Shown piece after piece: positions 31,316 through 41,316 of a DNA stretch of 64,000 nucleotides. The DNA comes from Microgenomates group bacterium ADurb.Bin219 (lineage in GTDB: Bacteria; Patescibacteriota; Microgenomatia; UM-FILTER-40-11). Numbering within the stretch: the first letter of the stretch is position 1; every line of letters begins with the position of its first letter. The stretch lies in assembly GCA_002069945.1 (NCBI GenBank), contig MWCH01000003.1, forward strand, positions 3,040 through 67,039, in the 5' to 3' direction. The notes below the pieces were generated by a model. The model worked only from the letters and a program-made list of their open reading frames with translations, made no database searches and had not been told where the DNA came from. The translations under genes were made by a program, and so were the position numbers.

Positions 31316-32629
31316 TTACTTTTCCCTTTTAAGATCCATTCCGTAAAAGGAAACCCTGTTGGGAACAAAGCGAAGATGAATTACGCCGGTGGGACCGTTG
31401 CGGTGCTTGGCAATTTCTAAAGTAACATTTTCCAAATTATCTTCATCTTCGCGGTATAAAAACATGACCACGTCCGCATCCTGCTCAATAGACCCCGATT
31501 CCCGCAAATCGGCCAAACGGGGGCGTTGACCTCCCCTAACCTCAACGGCGCGGGAAAGCTGGGAACAAGCAATCACCGGCACTTTTAACTCTCTGGCCAA
31601 ATTTTTCAATCCCATTGAGATTTCGCCGACTTCCTGGACCCGATTCTCCAAATTCCGGCCTTTGACCAATTGTAAATAATCAACCATAATCAACTCCAGC
31701 CCTTTTTCCAATTGCAAACGTCGGGCCTTGGTCCTCATTTCCAAAACGGAGATTCCCGGCGTGTCGTCAATAAATAAAGGCGCTTCAGCCAAAATTCCCA
31801 TCGCGTCGGATAGCCTGGAAAAATCTTCTTCCTCTAATTTGCCTGTTTTTAACTTCCAGGCGTCAATTTCCGCTTGCTTGACCAAAAGCCGGTCAACCAA
31901 TTCCTCCTTGCTCATTTCCAAGGAAAAAATACCAACCGGGATTTTTTGTTCAACAGCCATATGGCGCGCCATATTCAATGAAAAAGCGGTTTTGCCGACT
32001 CCCGGCCGGGAAGCCAAAATAATCAAGTTTGAAGCCTGGAAACCGGCCAGCATATTGTCCAGGTCCTTAAATCCGGAAGGTACTCCTCTAAGGCCGCCGG
32101 CTCTTTTATGTAATTCGTCCAACCGGTCAAAACTTTCCGCCAGTGCTTCCTTAACCTGGATAAAAACCTGTTTCAGATAGCGCTGGGAAAGGCTGAAAAC
32201 CTCCTGCTCCGCCCGGTCTAAAACCTCATTCGCGCCCTGGGATTCATCAAAAGCTTTTTCGGTAATTCTGGCCGCGGCCGAAATCAATTCTCTTTTGGTG
32301 TAATTGTCTTTAATAATTTTTCCGTATTCTTCGGTATGGGCGGAAGTCGGCACCCGGTTGGTCAATTCGGTCAGATAAGAAGCACCGCCAATTTTGGTTA
32401 GGACTTTTTGTTTTTTTAATTTCTCCGAAACCGTAATTAAGTCAATCGGCGCCCTTTCTTCGTACAAAGCCAGCATTGCTTTGAAAACCTGGCCGTTGGC
32501 GTCATGATAAAAATGTTCCGGCCTTAAAAACTCGGCGACGGAAATTATCGCGTCTTTGTCAATAAGAATTGAACCAAGAAGACACTCCTCTGCTTCTAAA
32601 GACCGGGGTGGAATTTTTGAATCAGCCAT
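31316..32629 (-). CDS. dnaB: Replicative DNA helicase DnaB
   Basis: Walker A RPGVGKTAFSLNMA in a RecA-like C-terminal domain, plus the N-terminal helical domain. No intein. Confidence 0.9.
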   Translation of the reverse strand: MADSKIPPRSLEAEECLLGSILIDKDAIISVAEFLRPEHFYHDANGQVFKAMLALYEERAPIDLITVSEKLKKQKVLTKIGGASYLTELTNRVPTSAHTEEYGKIIKDNYTKRELISAAARITEKAFDESQGANEVLDRAEQEVFSLSQRYLKQVFIQVKEALAESFDRLDELHKRAGGLRGVPSGFKDLDNMLAGFQASNLIILASRPGVGKTAFSLNMARHMAVEQKIPVGIFSLEMSKEELVDRLLVKQAEIDAWKLKTGKLEEEDFSRLSDAMGILAEAPLFIDDTPGISVLEMRTKARRLQLEKGLELIMVDYLQLVKGRNLENRVQEVGEISMGLKNLARELKVPVIACSQLSRAVEVRGGQRPRLADLRESGSIEQDADVVMFLYREDEDNLENVTLEIAKHRNGPTGVIHLRFVPNRVSFYGMDLKREK

Positions 32630-32674
32630 AATTTACGGAAAATTTCCGGCCTTTTTACCGAAAGTTCTTCCGCA

Positions 32675-33337
32675 TTATTCCTTAAATTCTAAAACAACCG
32701 TTTGTCTTTCGGAGGGCAGTTTATCCCGGAAGATAACCAGTTTTGGTTGCGGCGCAATTTGGCCAACGGCCATTTCTTCCAGAAAATCTTTAATCGGCTG
32801 TAGCTTGGCAAACGATGGCCCCATGCTTGGAATTTTAAAATGCATCGGAATAACCACCGAAGGCTCAATTGCGGTAATTAATTCATTAGCTTCTTTGGAA
32901 TTTAAAGTGTAGTAACCGCCGACCGGAACCAACAAAATATCAACTCCATCAATTTCTTCCAGCTTTCCTTCATCAAGTTTTTTGCCCAAATCGCCCAAAT
33001 GACAAATCCTTAATCCGTCCATTTCAATTAAATAAATGGTGTTGACCATATCGGGATTGCTGACGTCTTTGGTTTCGTGAGAGGAAGAATAGCCGAAAAC
33101 GGAAATACCCTTAACTTCATATTCTCCCGGTCCGTCAATTATTAAAGGATTTCCACCAACCTGGGAAACGGCATTATGGTCGGGATGAGAATGGGAAACG
33201 GTCACAATATCCGCTTCGCTTTTGGGAAATTTCAAACCCAGCTCGATTTCCTTATCCGATCCGTATGGATCGGTAATCAAGGTTGCCTGTTTCCCTTTAA
33301 GTCTAAAAGAAGAGTGGCCCAAATAACTGATTTCCAT
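32675..33337 (-). CDS. MBL-fold metallo-hydrolase
   Basis: HSHPDHNA (HxHxDH) motif. Confidence 0.8.
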   Translation of the reverse strand: MEISYLGHSSFRLKGKQATLITDPYGSDKEIELGLKFPKSEADIVTVSHSHPDHNAVSQVGGNPLIIDGPGEYEVKGISVFGYSSSHETKDVSNPDMVNTIYLIEMDGLRICHLGDLGKKLDEGKLEEIDGVDILLVPVGGYYTLNSKEANELITAIEPSVVIPMHFKIPSMGPSFAKLQPIKDFLEEMAVGQIAPQPKLVIFRDKLPSERQTVVLEFKE

Positions 33338-33401
33338 TGTTTTATTTTATCATTAAATTAATTTTCTTGACAAGAGGTCTTTTTTTGTCTATATTCTTTC
33401 C

Positions 33402-33824
33402 ATGAAAAAAGAAATCTTCTGGGCGGTTTTTATCGGCTTTATTGTCGGCCTTTTAATTACTTTTGGCATCTGGCAGGCAAACAAAGCCATTAAAAATACT
33501 CTTCCAAAACAGGAACAAACGGAAGAACCGAATCCAACCGAAGAAGCAAACAAGCCGGTTTTAACAATTTTGTCCCCCCCCAACGAGCTTTTGAGCAAGG
33601 AAGCAAAAACGGAGATTAACGGCCACTACTTACCGGAAGCCCAAATAGCCATCGTTTATGAAAAAGGAGAAAAAATTGTCGCTTGCGATAAAGACGGCAA
33701 TTTTGAAACGGAGATTGACTTAATCGCCGGAGAAAATATAATTGATATTTACGGGTTTTCCAAGGACGGTGACGAGGCCAAACAAACGCTTACCCTTGTT
33801 CATTCAACTGTAGAAATCCAATGA
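33402..33824 (+). CDS. Membrane-anchored protein of unknown function
   Basis: N-terminal TM; no motif recognised. Confidence 0.4.
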   Translation: MKKEIFWAVFIGFIVGLLITFGIWQANKAIKNTLPKQEQTEEPNPTEEANKPVLTILSPPNELLSKEAKTEINGHYLPEAQIAIVYEKGEKIVACDKDGNFETEIDLIAGENIIDIYGFSKDGDEAKQTLTLVHSTVEIQ

Positions 33825-34549
33825 AAGCAAATATTTTAAAAATAAGAATAATTGGGCTTTGCGCCTTACCTTTATTGCTTGGGCTTCCGCAATTTTCAGG
33901 GGCCTTTGCGGCAACCGTTTCCACTCAGGCAACTGTCGCCAGCCCGTCCGGGACCTCGACTTCTCCGGAAGCCTCAACTTCGGCGGACGAAAAAGTTCAG
34001 GAAATCCGCGACGCCATCTCCGAAAAAGTTCAGGAAAAAATTCAGGAGATTAAAGAAAAGATGGAAAACAAAGGCTATGTCGGAACTCTGACGGAGATGA
34101 CCGACTCTATTCTTACCTTGGATACTTTGACCGGCGAAAAAATGGTCAGTCTTGACGAAAAAGTGACCATTGTCGGAATCGATAAAAAAATAATCAAAGT
34201 TAAAGATTTGGAAATTGACCAAAAGATTATTTGTATGGGAACCCTTAACGATAATAAAATTCTGGTCGCCAAAAGAATCGTGGTGGTTGCTCCCCCAACG
34301 AAAGTTCCCCCAAAAAGAGAAGCTTTTGTGGCCAGAGTAACTTCTTTGGATTTAAAACAAAAAACCGTTTCCTTAAGTCATTTAAGAAAATTGAGCAAAC
34401 AATATTTAATCAAAATTGACAAAAACACCAAATTTATTTCCGGCAGTTTTGAAGACTTAAAAACAGACCAAATTCTGATTGTTGTCTTTTCGGTCGTAAA
34501 AGAAAACGAAACTCCGCTCGCCCTGATCGTCAATCCTCTAAAAAACTAA
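33821..34549 (+). CDS. Secreted protein of unknown function
   Basis: Signal peptide, then an S/T-rich stretch, then coiled-coil. Confidence 0.4.
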   Translation: MKANILKIRIIGLCALPLLLGLPQFSGAFAATVSTQATVASPSGTSTSPEASTSADEKVQEIRDAISEKVQEKIQEIKEKMENKGYVGTLTEMTDSILTLDTLTGEKMVSLDEKVTIVGIDKKIIKVKDLEIDQKIICMGTLNDNKILVAKRIVVVAPPTKVPPKREAFVARVTSLDLKQKTVSLSHLRKLSKQYLIKIDKNTKFISGSFEDLKTDQILIVVFSVVKENETPLALIVNPLKN

Positions 34550-34621
34550 CTTCATTTAGAAAAACACTTTTTGACCAACAAACAATTGCCAGTAAAAATA
34601 CTTCAGTGTATTATTGGTATT

Positions 34622-35836
34622 ATGATAAAGGCACAAACCTTAAAAGGATTTCGGGATTTTCTTCCCCAAGACGCGGCTAAACGTCTCTGGTTCAAAAACA
34701 AGTTGATTGCCGTTTTTGAATCCTGGGGTTACTTGCCTTTGGAAACTCCCACTTTGGAACCGGTCGAGCTTTTTGCCGGTCAAGTCGGCGAAGGCGAAAA
34801 ACTTTTCTACCGCTTTAAAGACCAAGGTGGGCGCGAGGTTGCCTTGCGCTATGACCAAACCGTTCCGGCTTGCCGAGTTGTCGGCCAATATACTGGACAG
34901 TTGGTTTTTCCTTTTAAGCGTTACCAAATTCAACCGGCTTTCCGCTCGGAAAAGCCGCAAAAAGGCCGTTACCGCGAGTTCCTCCAATGCGATGCCGACA
35001 TTTTCGGCGTCAAATCGGTTTACGCGGATGCCGAAGTCTGCGGATTGGCTTTGGATATCTACCGTCAATTGGGCTTTAAGGAAGTAAGGTTATCCCTCAA
35101 TGACCGTGAATTGATGAAAGAATTACCCTATGAGGCAATTGTTGTCATAGATAAACTTAAAAAAATCGGCCAGGAAAAAGTTTTAGCGGAAATGACCGAA
35201 AAAGGAATTTCTTCAGCCAAGGCGGAAGAATATTTAAAGTTGGTCCAAAATCTTAAACCCAACAAAACCGTCAAAATTATATTAAATTGTCTGGAAAAAA
35301 TGGGTTTCCCGAAAAACTGGTTTAATTTTGAACCGACCCTGGCCCGTTCTTTCAGCTATTCAACCGGTCCGATCTTTGAAATTGAAATCCCCGGCTATCA
35401 GGCAGGTTCGGTTTTGGGCGGAGAAAGATTTGATAATATTGTTAAAAATATCAGCGGCTTGGATATTCCCGGAACCGGCTTTGCCGTTGGTTTTGACCGG
35501 ACATTGGAAGCAGTGGAGCAATTCGGACTTCTCCCCGACTTTCAACCGATTCCTCAGGTCTTAGTCACGATTTTTTCTGCCGATCTTTTTGAAGATTCCT
35601 TAAAAATTTCTTCTTCATTAAGAAGCGAGGGTATCAAAACAGAGCTTTATCCCAATCCGGAAAACAAACTGGATAAACAATTAAAATATGCCGACCAAAA
35701 AGGCATTCCCTTTGCCGTCATCGCCGGCCCGGACGAAATCAATAAGTTTACGGTCACGGTTAAGAACCTGGTTTTGACTAAACAAGAAACCCTTCCCCGG
35801 GAAAAGCTGGCCGATTATTTTAAAAACCAAAAATGA
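34622..35836 (+). CDS. hisS: Histidyl-tRNA synthetase
   Basis: KGFRDFLP, RYDQTVP and FKRYQIQPAFRSEKPQKGRYREFLQCD class II motifs. Start at ATG 34622; the ORF track start at 34571 is a TTG. Confidence 0.9.
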   Translation: MIKAQTLKGFRDFLPQDAAKRLWFKNKLIAVFESWGYLPLETPTLEPVELFAGQVGEGEKLFYRFKDQGGREVALRYDQTVPACRVVGQYTGQLVFPFKRYQIQPAFRSEKPQKGRYREFLQCDADIFGVKSVYADAEVCGLALDIYRQLGFKEVRLSLNDRELMKELPYEAIVVIDKLKKIGQEKVLAEMTEKGISSAKAEEYLKLVQNLKPNKTVKIILNCLEKMGFPKNWFNFEPTLARSFSYSTGPIFEIEIPGYQAGSVLGGERFDNIVKNISGLDIPGTGFAVGFDRTLEAVEQFGLLPDFQPIPQVLVTIFSADLFEDSLKISSSLRSEGIKTELYPNPENKLDKQLKYADQKGIPFAVIAGPDEINKFTVTVKNLVLTKQETLPREKLADYFKNQK

Positions 35837-36744
35837 AAAATCAAAGGAAAGTTGCCTTTTTGGTTCTGACTTTCGTATCCCTAATTTGGGGAGTTGCCTC
35901 GCCGGTCATAAAATATACCCTTAATTATCTACCCGCCTATTCTTTCCTTTACTGGCGCTTTTTAATCTCTTCGTTAATTTTTTTGCCTTTCTTTTTTTAT
36001 TTTTCGAAAAAAAATCCGGTCAAAAAACAAGATTGGTTAAAAATGATTTTTTTGGGCTTTTTAAGCACTCCTTTAAATCTGATATTACTTTTTCTCGGTT
36101 ACGAAAAAACGACTTCCATGGACGGAGTACTCATCTCCGCTACCACGCCGATATTCATTACTTTGGGCGGAGCTTTATTTCTTAACGAAAAAGTAAGCAA
36201 AATTGAAAGATGGGGCCTGTTGATTGCCTCTCTGGGAACCATTATCTCTGTTTCCCAACCGATTTTAGAAAAAGGATTATTTAGCGGCAGTCTTTACGGC
36301 AATTTTTTGGTTTTTGTTTCGGTCATCGCTTGGGTTTTTTATACTTTATGCGCCAAAAAAAGCAATTTCAAATACCCTCCCCTTATCCCAACCGCCATCG
36401 GATTTTTTGTCGGCTTAATCACCGTTCTTCCAATTGCTTTTATCAAGGAAGGGCCGCTTATTTTTAATCCCTCCGTCTTGGTTGCCAACCCAAATGCCTT
36501 TGCCGGCGTTCTATATATGACCGTTCTTTCTTCGGTCATCGCCTATACTCTTTACCTTTACGGCGTTAGCCTGATTGAAGCTTCGGAAGCAACGCTTTTT
36601 GCCTACTTGCAACCGATTTTCGCCGCTCCGGTGGCTTCCTGGTGGCTGGGAGAAAAAATGACGCTTCCTTTTCTTATCGGCGCCTTTTTTATTGCCTTAG
36701 GCGTTGTTCTTAGCCAAATAAAAACAAAGAGGGCTGAAAATTAA
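35833..36744 (+). CDS. EamA/DMT-family transporter
   Basis: 10 TM segments with a duplicated EamA-like pattern. Confidence 0.7.
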   Translation: MKNQRKVAFLVLTFVSLIWGVASPVIKYTLNYLPAYSFLYWRFLISSLIFLPFFFYFSKKNPVKKQDWLKMIFLGFLSTPLNLILLFLGYEKTTSMDGVLISATTPIFITLGGALFLNEKVSKIERWGLLIASLGTIISVSQPILEKGLFSGSLYGNFLVFVSVIAWVFYTLCAKKSNFKYPPLIPTAIGFFVGLITVLPIAFIKEGPLIFNPSVLVANPNAFAGVLYMTVLSSVIAYTLYLYGVSLIEASEATLFAYLQPIFAAPVASWWLGEKMTLPFLIGAFFIALGVVLSQIKTKRAEN

Positions 36745-36801
36745 AGCTTCTTCCGCTTTCCTCTTGCTCAAAAAGAGCAATGATGGTAAAATATTTTAGT
36801 T

Positions 36802-37113
36802 ATGAAAGCTGATATTCATCCTAAATATTATCCGGACTGCAAGGTTACTTGTGCTTGCGGTCATACTTTTATTACCGGCTCCACCGTGCCGCAAATAAAA
36901 GTGGAAATTTGCTCCAAATGTCATCCTTTCTTTACCGGAGAGATGAAATATGTTGATTCCCTTGGACGGGTGGAAAGATTTAAACAAAAACAGGCTGCTT
37001 CGGAAGGGAAAACCTATCTTAAGAAAAAAGAGAAAAAGAGCCTGGCCAAGAAAGAAGCGGAAAGAAAAGAAGCGGAAAGACCCAAGACTCTCCGCGAAAT
37101 GCTCTCAAAATAA
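36802..37113 (+). CDS. rpmE: 50S ribosomal protein L31 with a Lys/Glu-rich C-terminal extension
   Basis: [10 protein letters not shown]...CACGH...[10 protein letters not shown] is the L31 zinc ribbon, followed by about 35 extra residues. Confidence 0.85.
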   Translation: MKADIHPKYYPDCKVTCACGHTFITGSTVPQIKVEICSKCHPFFTGEMKYVDSLGRVERFKQKQAASEGKTYLKKKEKKSLAKKEAERKEAERPKTLREMLSK

Positions 37114-37121
37114 CCCGGAAA

Positions 37122-37820
37122 ATGAACACCAATACTTCTATTTTGGAAATCCGTCCCGGAGTCGGCGGAGACGAGGCTAGAATTTGGGCCAACGACCTGC
37201 TAAGGATGTATCTTAAATTTGCGGCCAAGAAAGGCTGGAAGGCAATCTTGATTGACGAAGATACCGCCAAAATAACCGGACCGGAGGTTTTTTCCCTTCT
37301 TAAAAACGAATCGGGCGTTCACCGGGTACAAAGGATTCCCCAAACCGAAAAACGCGGCCGGGTTCACACTTCAACCGCCACTATTGCGGTTTTACCGGAA
37401 GTCCAGGAAAATCTAATCCAAATTAACCCCCAGGATATTGAATGGCAATTTTACCGTGCTTCTTCTCACGGAGGCCAAAACGTCCAAAAAGTTTCTACGG
37501 CTGTCCGGCTTTTACATAAACCCTCGGGAATAGTTGTTCAAACCCAATCGGAAAGATTTCAGGAACAAAACCGCGCCAACGCTTTGACCATTTTACGGGC
37601 AAAACTTTGGCAAAATGAAGAATTAAAAAAAGAGGCGACCATCGCCGGCTATCGTTCGTCAATCGGCCGCGGCATGCGGAGCGAAAAAATCCGAACTTAC
37701 AATTTTCCCCAAAACCGCCTCACCGACCACAGATTAAATCACTCCTGGCATAATCTGGAAAACATTGTTGACGGAAATTTGGACAATGTCCTGGAGGAAG
37801 TAAATAAATCTCTTATCTAA
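37122..37820 (+). CDS. prfA: Peptide chain release factor 1-like, lacking N-terminal domain 1
   Basis: GGQ motif (SSHGGQNVQKVSTAVRL), PxT-type tripeptide (IPQTEKRGR) and the RF1 C-terminus RSEKIRTYNFPQNRLTDHRLN. The protein begins at the equivalent of RF1 domain 2 (EIRPGVGGDEA). Confidence 0.75.
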   Translation: MNTNTSILEIRPGVGGDEARIWANDLLRMYLKFAAKKGWKAILIDEDTAKITGPEVFSLLKNESGVHRVQRIPQTEKRGRVHTSTATIAVLPEVQENLIQINPQDIEWQFYRASSHGGQNVQKVSTAVRLLHKPSGIVVQTQSERFQEQNRANALTILRAKLWQNEELKKEATIAGYRSSIGRGMRSEKIRTYNFPQNRLTDHRLNHSWHNLENIVDGNLDNVLEEVNKSLI

Positions 37821-37830
37821 AATAAAATTA

Positions 37831-39015
37831 TTAACGGGACTCTTCCAGGGTAACCGTTAAAGTCTTTTCTTCTTCATCCCGCCAGACAACAATACTTAGC
37901 CGATCCCCGACTTTTTTGGAGGAAATGATCTTGGCCAATTCGGCATCTTTTTCGGTTAATTTCCGGTTGTCGATTTTGGTAATAATATCGCCTACTTCAA
38001 TCCCTGCTTTTTCCGCCGGCGAATCTTCAATCACTTCAACAACGCCGGCCCCCTCAACCCAATTTTTGGAAACCGCTTCTTTTTGGGAAATCATCCGGTA
38101 GCGGATACCCAAAAACGGCCGGGAAAACTGGCCGGTTTTATTGAAATTTTCAATCATTTCTTTAACCACATTTATCGGAATGGCAAAGCCGATATTTTGC
38201 GCGCCGGAAGCCATCGCCACGTTGACTCCGATAACCTGGCCGGCGCTGTTCAAAAGCGGCCCGCCGGAGTTTCCGGGGTTAATTGCTGCATCGGTCTGGA
38301 TAACGTTGTCCAACTGTTCTACAAAGCCTTCAAATACCGATCCTGCGCTGATTCCCCGACCAAGACCGGAGATAATCCCCCTGGTTACCGAGTTGGGAAA
38401 TTCACCCAATGGTGTTCCGATCGCAATCACCAATTGACCAACTTTTAACTTTTCCGAATCACCCAACTCCAATGTCGGAAAACCTTCCGCAGGCGAATCA
38501 ACTTTTAAAATCGCCAGATCGTTTGTCGGATCGCGGTAAATCTTTTTAACTTCATACTCTTTCTTGTCGTTTAAAAGAACTTTATATTTCGCCTCCGTTT
38601 CCGAAACAACGTGTTTATTGGTAACGATAAGCCCTTCTTTGGAAACAATAAAGCCAGTGGCAATATTTTGTTCTACCTCTTTCGGTTGACGTTGATTTCG
38701 GCGGGGATAATTAAAAAAACCAAAGGGATCAAAAAAATCTTCAAAAGGATCAACTAAAGTCTGGGTTTTACTGATGCCGATGGTCACAACTGACGGTGAA
38801 GCTTTTTCCACTGCGTCAATAACCACCGACTCTTCCGAAACAATTTTTCTTTCCACAACCGACTCTCCACCGGTATTTTGACGCTTAAAATAACGGTCCA
38901 AAAGCCGGTAACCAAAAAGCCGGTCGGAAATCGCTCCCCCCAAAGAGGAAACGGCAATTACCAAAGCCAAAGCCAAAACAGTCAATATTTTTTTTGATTT
39001 GGAATTTTTTTTCAT
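37831..39015 (-). CDS. HtrA/DegP-family serine protease with PDZ domain
   Basis: GNSGGPLLNSAGQVIGVN catalytic Ser motif; trypsin-like fold plus a C-terminal PDZ. Confidence 0.85.
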   Translation of the reverse strand: MKKNSKSKKILTVLALALVIAVSSLGGAISDRLFGYRLLDRYFKRQNTGGESVVERKIVSEESVVIDAVEKASPSVVTIGISKTQTLVDPFEDFFDPFGFFNYPRRNQRQPKEVEQNIATGFIVSKEGLIVTNKHVVSETEAKYKVLLNDKKEYEVKKIYRDPTNDLAILKVDSPAEGFPTLELGDSEKLKVGQLVIAIGTPLGEFPNSVTRGIISGLGRGISAGSVFEGFVEQLDNVIQTDAAINPGNSGGPLLNSAGQVIGVNVAMASGAQNIGFAIPINVVKEMIENFNKTGQFSRPFLGIRYRMISQKEAVSKNWVEGAGVVEVIEDSPAEKAGIEVGDIITKIDNRKLTEKDAELAKIISSKKVGDRLSIVVWRDEEEKTLTVTLEESR

Positions 39016-39089
39016 TTTAAAATTATCTTAAGACAATCTAAAATTTTAAACTGAGAAAAAGCTGAAACCAGTAATTGATATTTAATATT

Positions 39090-40352
39090 CTATATTTTAT
39101 TTATCAAGAGTTCTACCGCCTTATCCAACTGCGGATCCCTCGTTTCGTCCTTCTCGTCCATTTTAACCTCAAAATCAGGAATAACCCCTTCTTTATCAAT
39201 AGATTTACCGCTGGGCAAAAGCCAGCGGGCAATGGTCACGTGGAGTCCGGCGCCACCAAACAAATCCTGGGCCTCCTGGATAGTTCCCTTGCCGAAAGAT
39301 TTCTCGCCCACCAATTTGGCTCTTTTGGTTTCCTGAAGCGCACCGGCAACAATTTCCGAGGCCGAAGCGGAACCGCCGTTAATCAAGACCACTAATGGTT
39401 GGCTTAATAATTGACCCTGGCGATTAACCGAATAGGTTTCCTTCCCCTCTTCGCCCTTATCCTGCTGAACAACGACACCTTGAGACAAAAACTCGCTGGC
39501 GATATAAACCGAGCCGGTTAAATAACCGCCCGGATTGTTTCTCAAGTCCAAAATAACACCCGCACATTTATCTTTGGAAGTATTACATTTTTCGTTTATT
39601 TTTGTCACCGCCTCCTGCCATTCCGTTTCCGTCCTGTCTCCGAATCTGGTCAACTGAAGATGAGCAACAGTTGTCCCTTCCTTTTCCAAAAAAGCCAATT
39701 CCACGCTTTTGACGACAATCGTTTCCCTTTTTAAGGGAACCTCAAAAGGTTTTTCTTTGCCTTCCCGGGAAAAAGTCAATTTGACCACCGAACCTCTTGG
39801 CCCGCGAATCAAACTAACCGCTTCCGGTAAGGACATACCGGTGGTATCTTTATCCACTTTTTTACTCTCGTCAATAATTCTTAAAATTAAATCGCCGGCT
39901 TTAATTCCCGCCAACTCGGCCGGCATACCGGCTAAAGGTGCAACCACCGCCAATCTTTCCTCTTTATAACCTAACTGAATACCAACACCCTCAAACGAGC
40001 CGTTTAAATCTTCTTTTGTTTGTTTGTTTTCCGGCGGCGGTAAAAAAACCGTATAAGCATCGCCCAGAGAATTGACCATACCAGAAATTGCGCCGTAAAT
40101 CATCTTCCCCTGGTCTAGAGTTTTTCTTTGCAGATAGCTGGTGGATATCCGGTCCCAAACCTCCCAAAACAATCCGAAATCAACGTCCTGGTTTTTAGGT
40201 TGAGCTTTGCGGTCAATTTTAACCTTTAAGGAAGAATTGACCGAAGAAAAAGAGATCTCTCTTTGGCCGAACCAATAGCCGGCCGCACCGCAAAAAAGGC
40301 CAAAAATGGCAAACAAAATTATTAGCCTTACTTGCCTAAGATTAAGCTTCAT
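39090..40352 (-). CDS. ctpA: Carboxyl-terminal processing protease (S41 family)
   Basis: GVILDLRNNPGGYL S41 motif plus PDZ. Start at ATG 40350-40352. Confidence 0.85.
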   Translation of the reverse strand: MKLNLRQVRLIILFAIFGLFCGAAGYWFGQREISFSSVNSSLKVKIDRKAQPKNQDVDFGLFWEVWDRISTSYLQRKTLDQGKMIYGAISGMVNSLGDAYTVFLPPPENKQTKEDLNGSFEGVGIQLGYKEERLAVVAPLAGMPAELAGIKAGDLILRIIDESKKVDKDTTGMSLPEAVSLIRGPRGSVVKLTFSREGKEKPFEVPLKRETIVVKSVELAFLEKEGTTVAHLQLTRFGDRTETEWQEAVTKINEKCNTSKDKCAGVILDLRNNPGGYLTGSVYIASEFLSQGVVVQQDKGEEGKETYSVNRQGQLLSQPLVVLINGGSASASEIVAGALQETKRAKLVGEKSFGKGTIQEAQDLFGGAGLHVTIARWLLPSGKSIDKEGVIPDFEVKMDEKDETRDPQLDKAVELLINKI

Positions 40353-40369
40353 ATTTTCTGCTCCGTAAA

Positions 40370-40615
40370 TTATTTTACCGAAGGAGCAAAAGGAAGTAAA
40401 CCAAGAAACCGTGCCCGTTTGACTGCCTTGGTCAGCATTTTCTGGTGTTTGGAACAAAGGCCGGTTTTGGACCGAGCCAAAATCTTGCCTCTTTCGCTTA
40501 AGAATTTTTCCAAAACAGAAAACTCTTTATAGCCGGGCAGTTTCTTTTCCTTACAAAAAGAGCAATTTTTAATTTTAATGATTCTCTTCCGCGAATTAAT
40601 GTTTTTTCTGATCAT
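40370..40615 (-). CDS. rpsR: 30S ribosomal protein S18
   Basis: CSFCKEKK...LLPF pattern; sits in the rpsF-ssb-rpsR arrangement. Confidence 0.85.
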   Translation of the reverse strand: MIRKNINSRKRIIKIKNCSFCKEKKLPGYKEFSVLEKFLSERGKILARSKTGLCSKHQKMLTKAVKRARFLGLLPFAPSVK

Positions 40616-40621
40616 ATGTTT

Positions 40622-41239
40622 TTAAAAGGGAATATCGTCCGGACTAACGGCCGTTTCCTCTTTTTTCTCGTCTTTTGGCTCAGCCGTCTCTTTCTTAAAT
40701 ACTTTTTTCTTTTTGGCTGCCGCTTGATCTTCTTCCGGCTTATTTTCGGGAACGACTGTCGGCTCCGCCGCAACGGTTTCGGGTTGGGGTACCGGAGAAA
40801 CCGGAGCTTCGGGAAGAACTTCCGCCGGCTCGGCAACCGTTTCGCTAACCGGAGCGGCGGCAACCGGCTCGGATCCGGCATTTTCTTCGTCTCCCGATCC
40901 TCGACGGCTATCCAAAATAATCATATCCTCAATAACAATTTCGGTTGCTTGCCTTTGTGCCCCGTCCTGACCGGTCCAACTTCTGGTTTGCAAACGTCCT
41001 TCAACAAAAACCCGGCGTCCTTTAAAAAGCAATTGGGAACAAAGCTCGGCCAGTTTATTCCAGGCAACAATCCGGTGAAATTCCGTTTCTTCTTTTTTCT
41101 CTCCGTTTTCCGTCGTCCAGGAGCGATTGGTGGCCAAGCCGAAAGTGCAAACCGCGGTTCCCTGGGGAGTATATCTTAATTCCGGATCACGGGTTAAATT
41201 GCCGATTAATTGAACTTTATTCAATGATCTGGTTGACAT
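40622..41239 (-). CDS. ssb: Single-stranded DNA-binding protein
   Basis: OB fold (LIGNLTRDPELRYTPQG) and an acidic DDIPF C-terminal tail. Confidence 0.9.
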   Translation of the reverse strand: MSTRSLNKVQLIGNLTRDPELRYTPQGTAVCTFGLATNRSWTTENGEKKEETEFHRIVAWNKLAELCSQLLFKGRRVFVEGRLQTRSWTGQDGAQRQATEIVIEDMIILDSRRGSGDEENAGSEPVAAAPVSETVAEPAEVLPEAPVSPVPQPETVAAEPTVVPENKPEEDQAAAKKKKVFKKETAEPKDEKKEETAVSPDDIPF

Positions 41240-41316
41240 ATTTTTTCTTTCGCTTCTGTACTAGACAGAAGAAACGAGAGTCCTCCTTACTTCCGTCGCC
41301 CAAAGGCAACACAAAA

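Noticed and set aside
36760-36800. CTCTTGCTCaaaaaGAGCAATGATGG after the EamA gene, considered as a terminator
   Set aside because: The stem is only 6 bp and there is no U-tract. It is more likely a chance match to the recurring CTCTTGCTC motif, so it is noted under that finding only.
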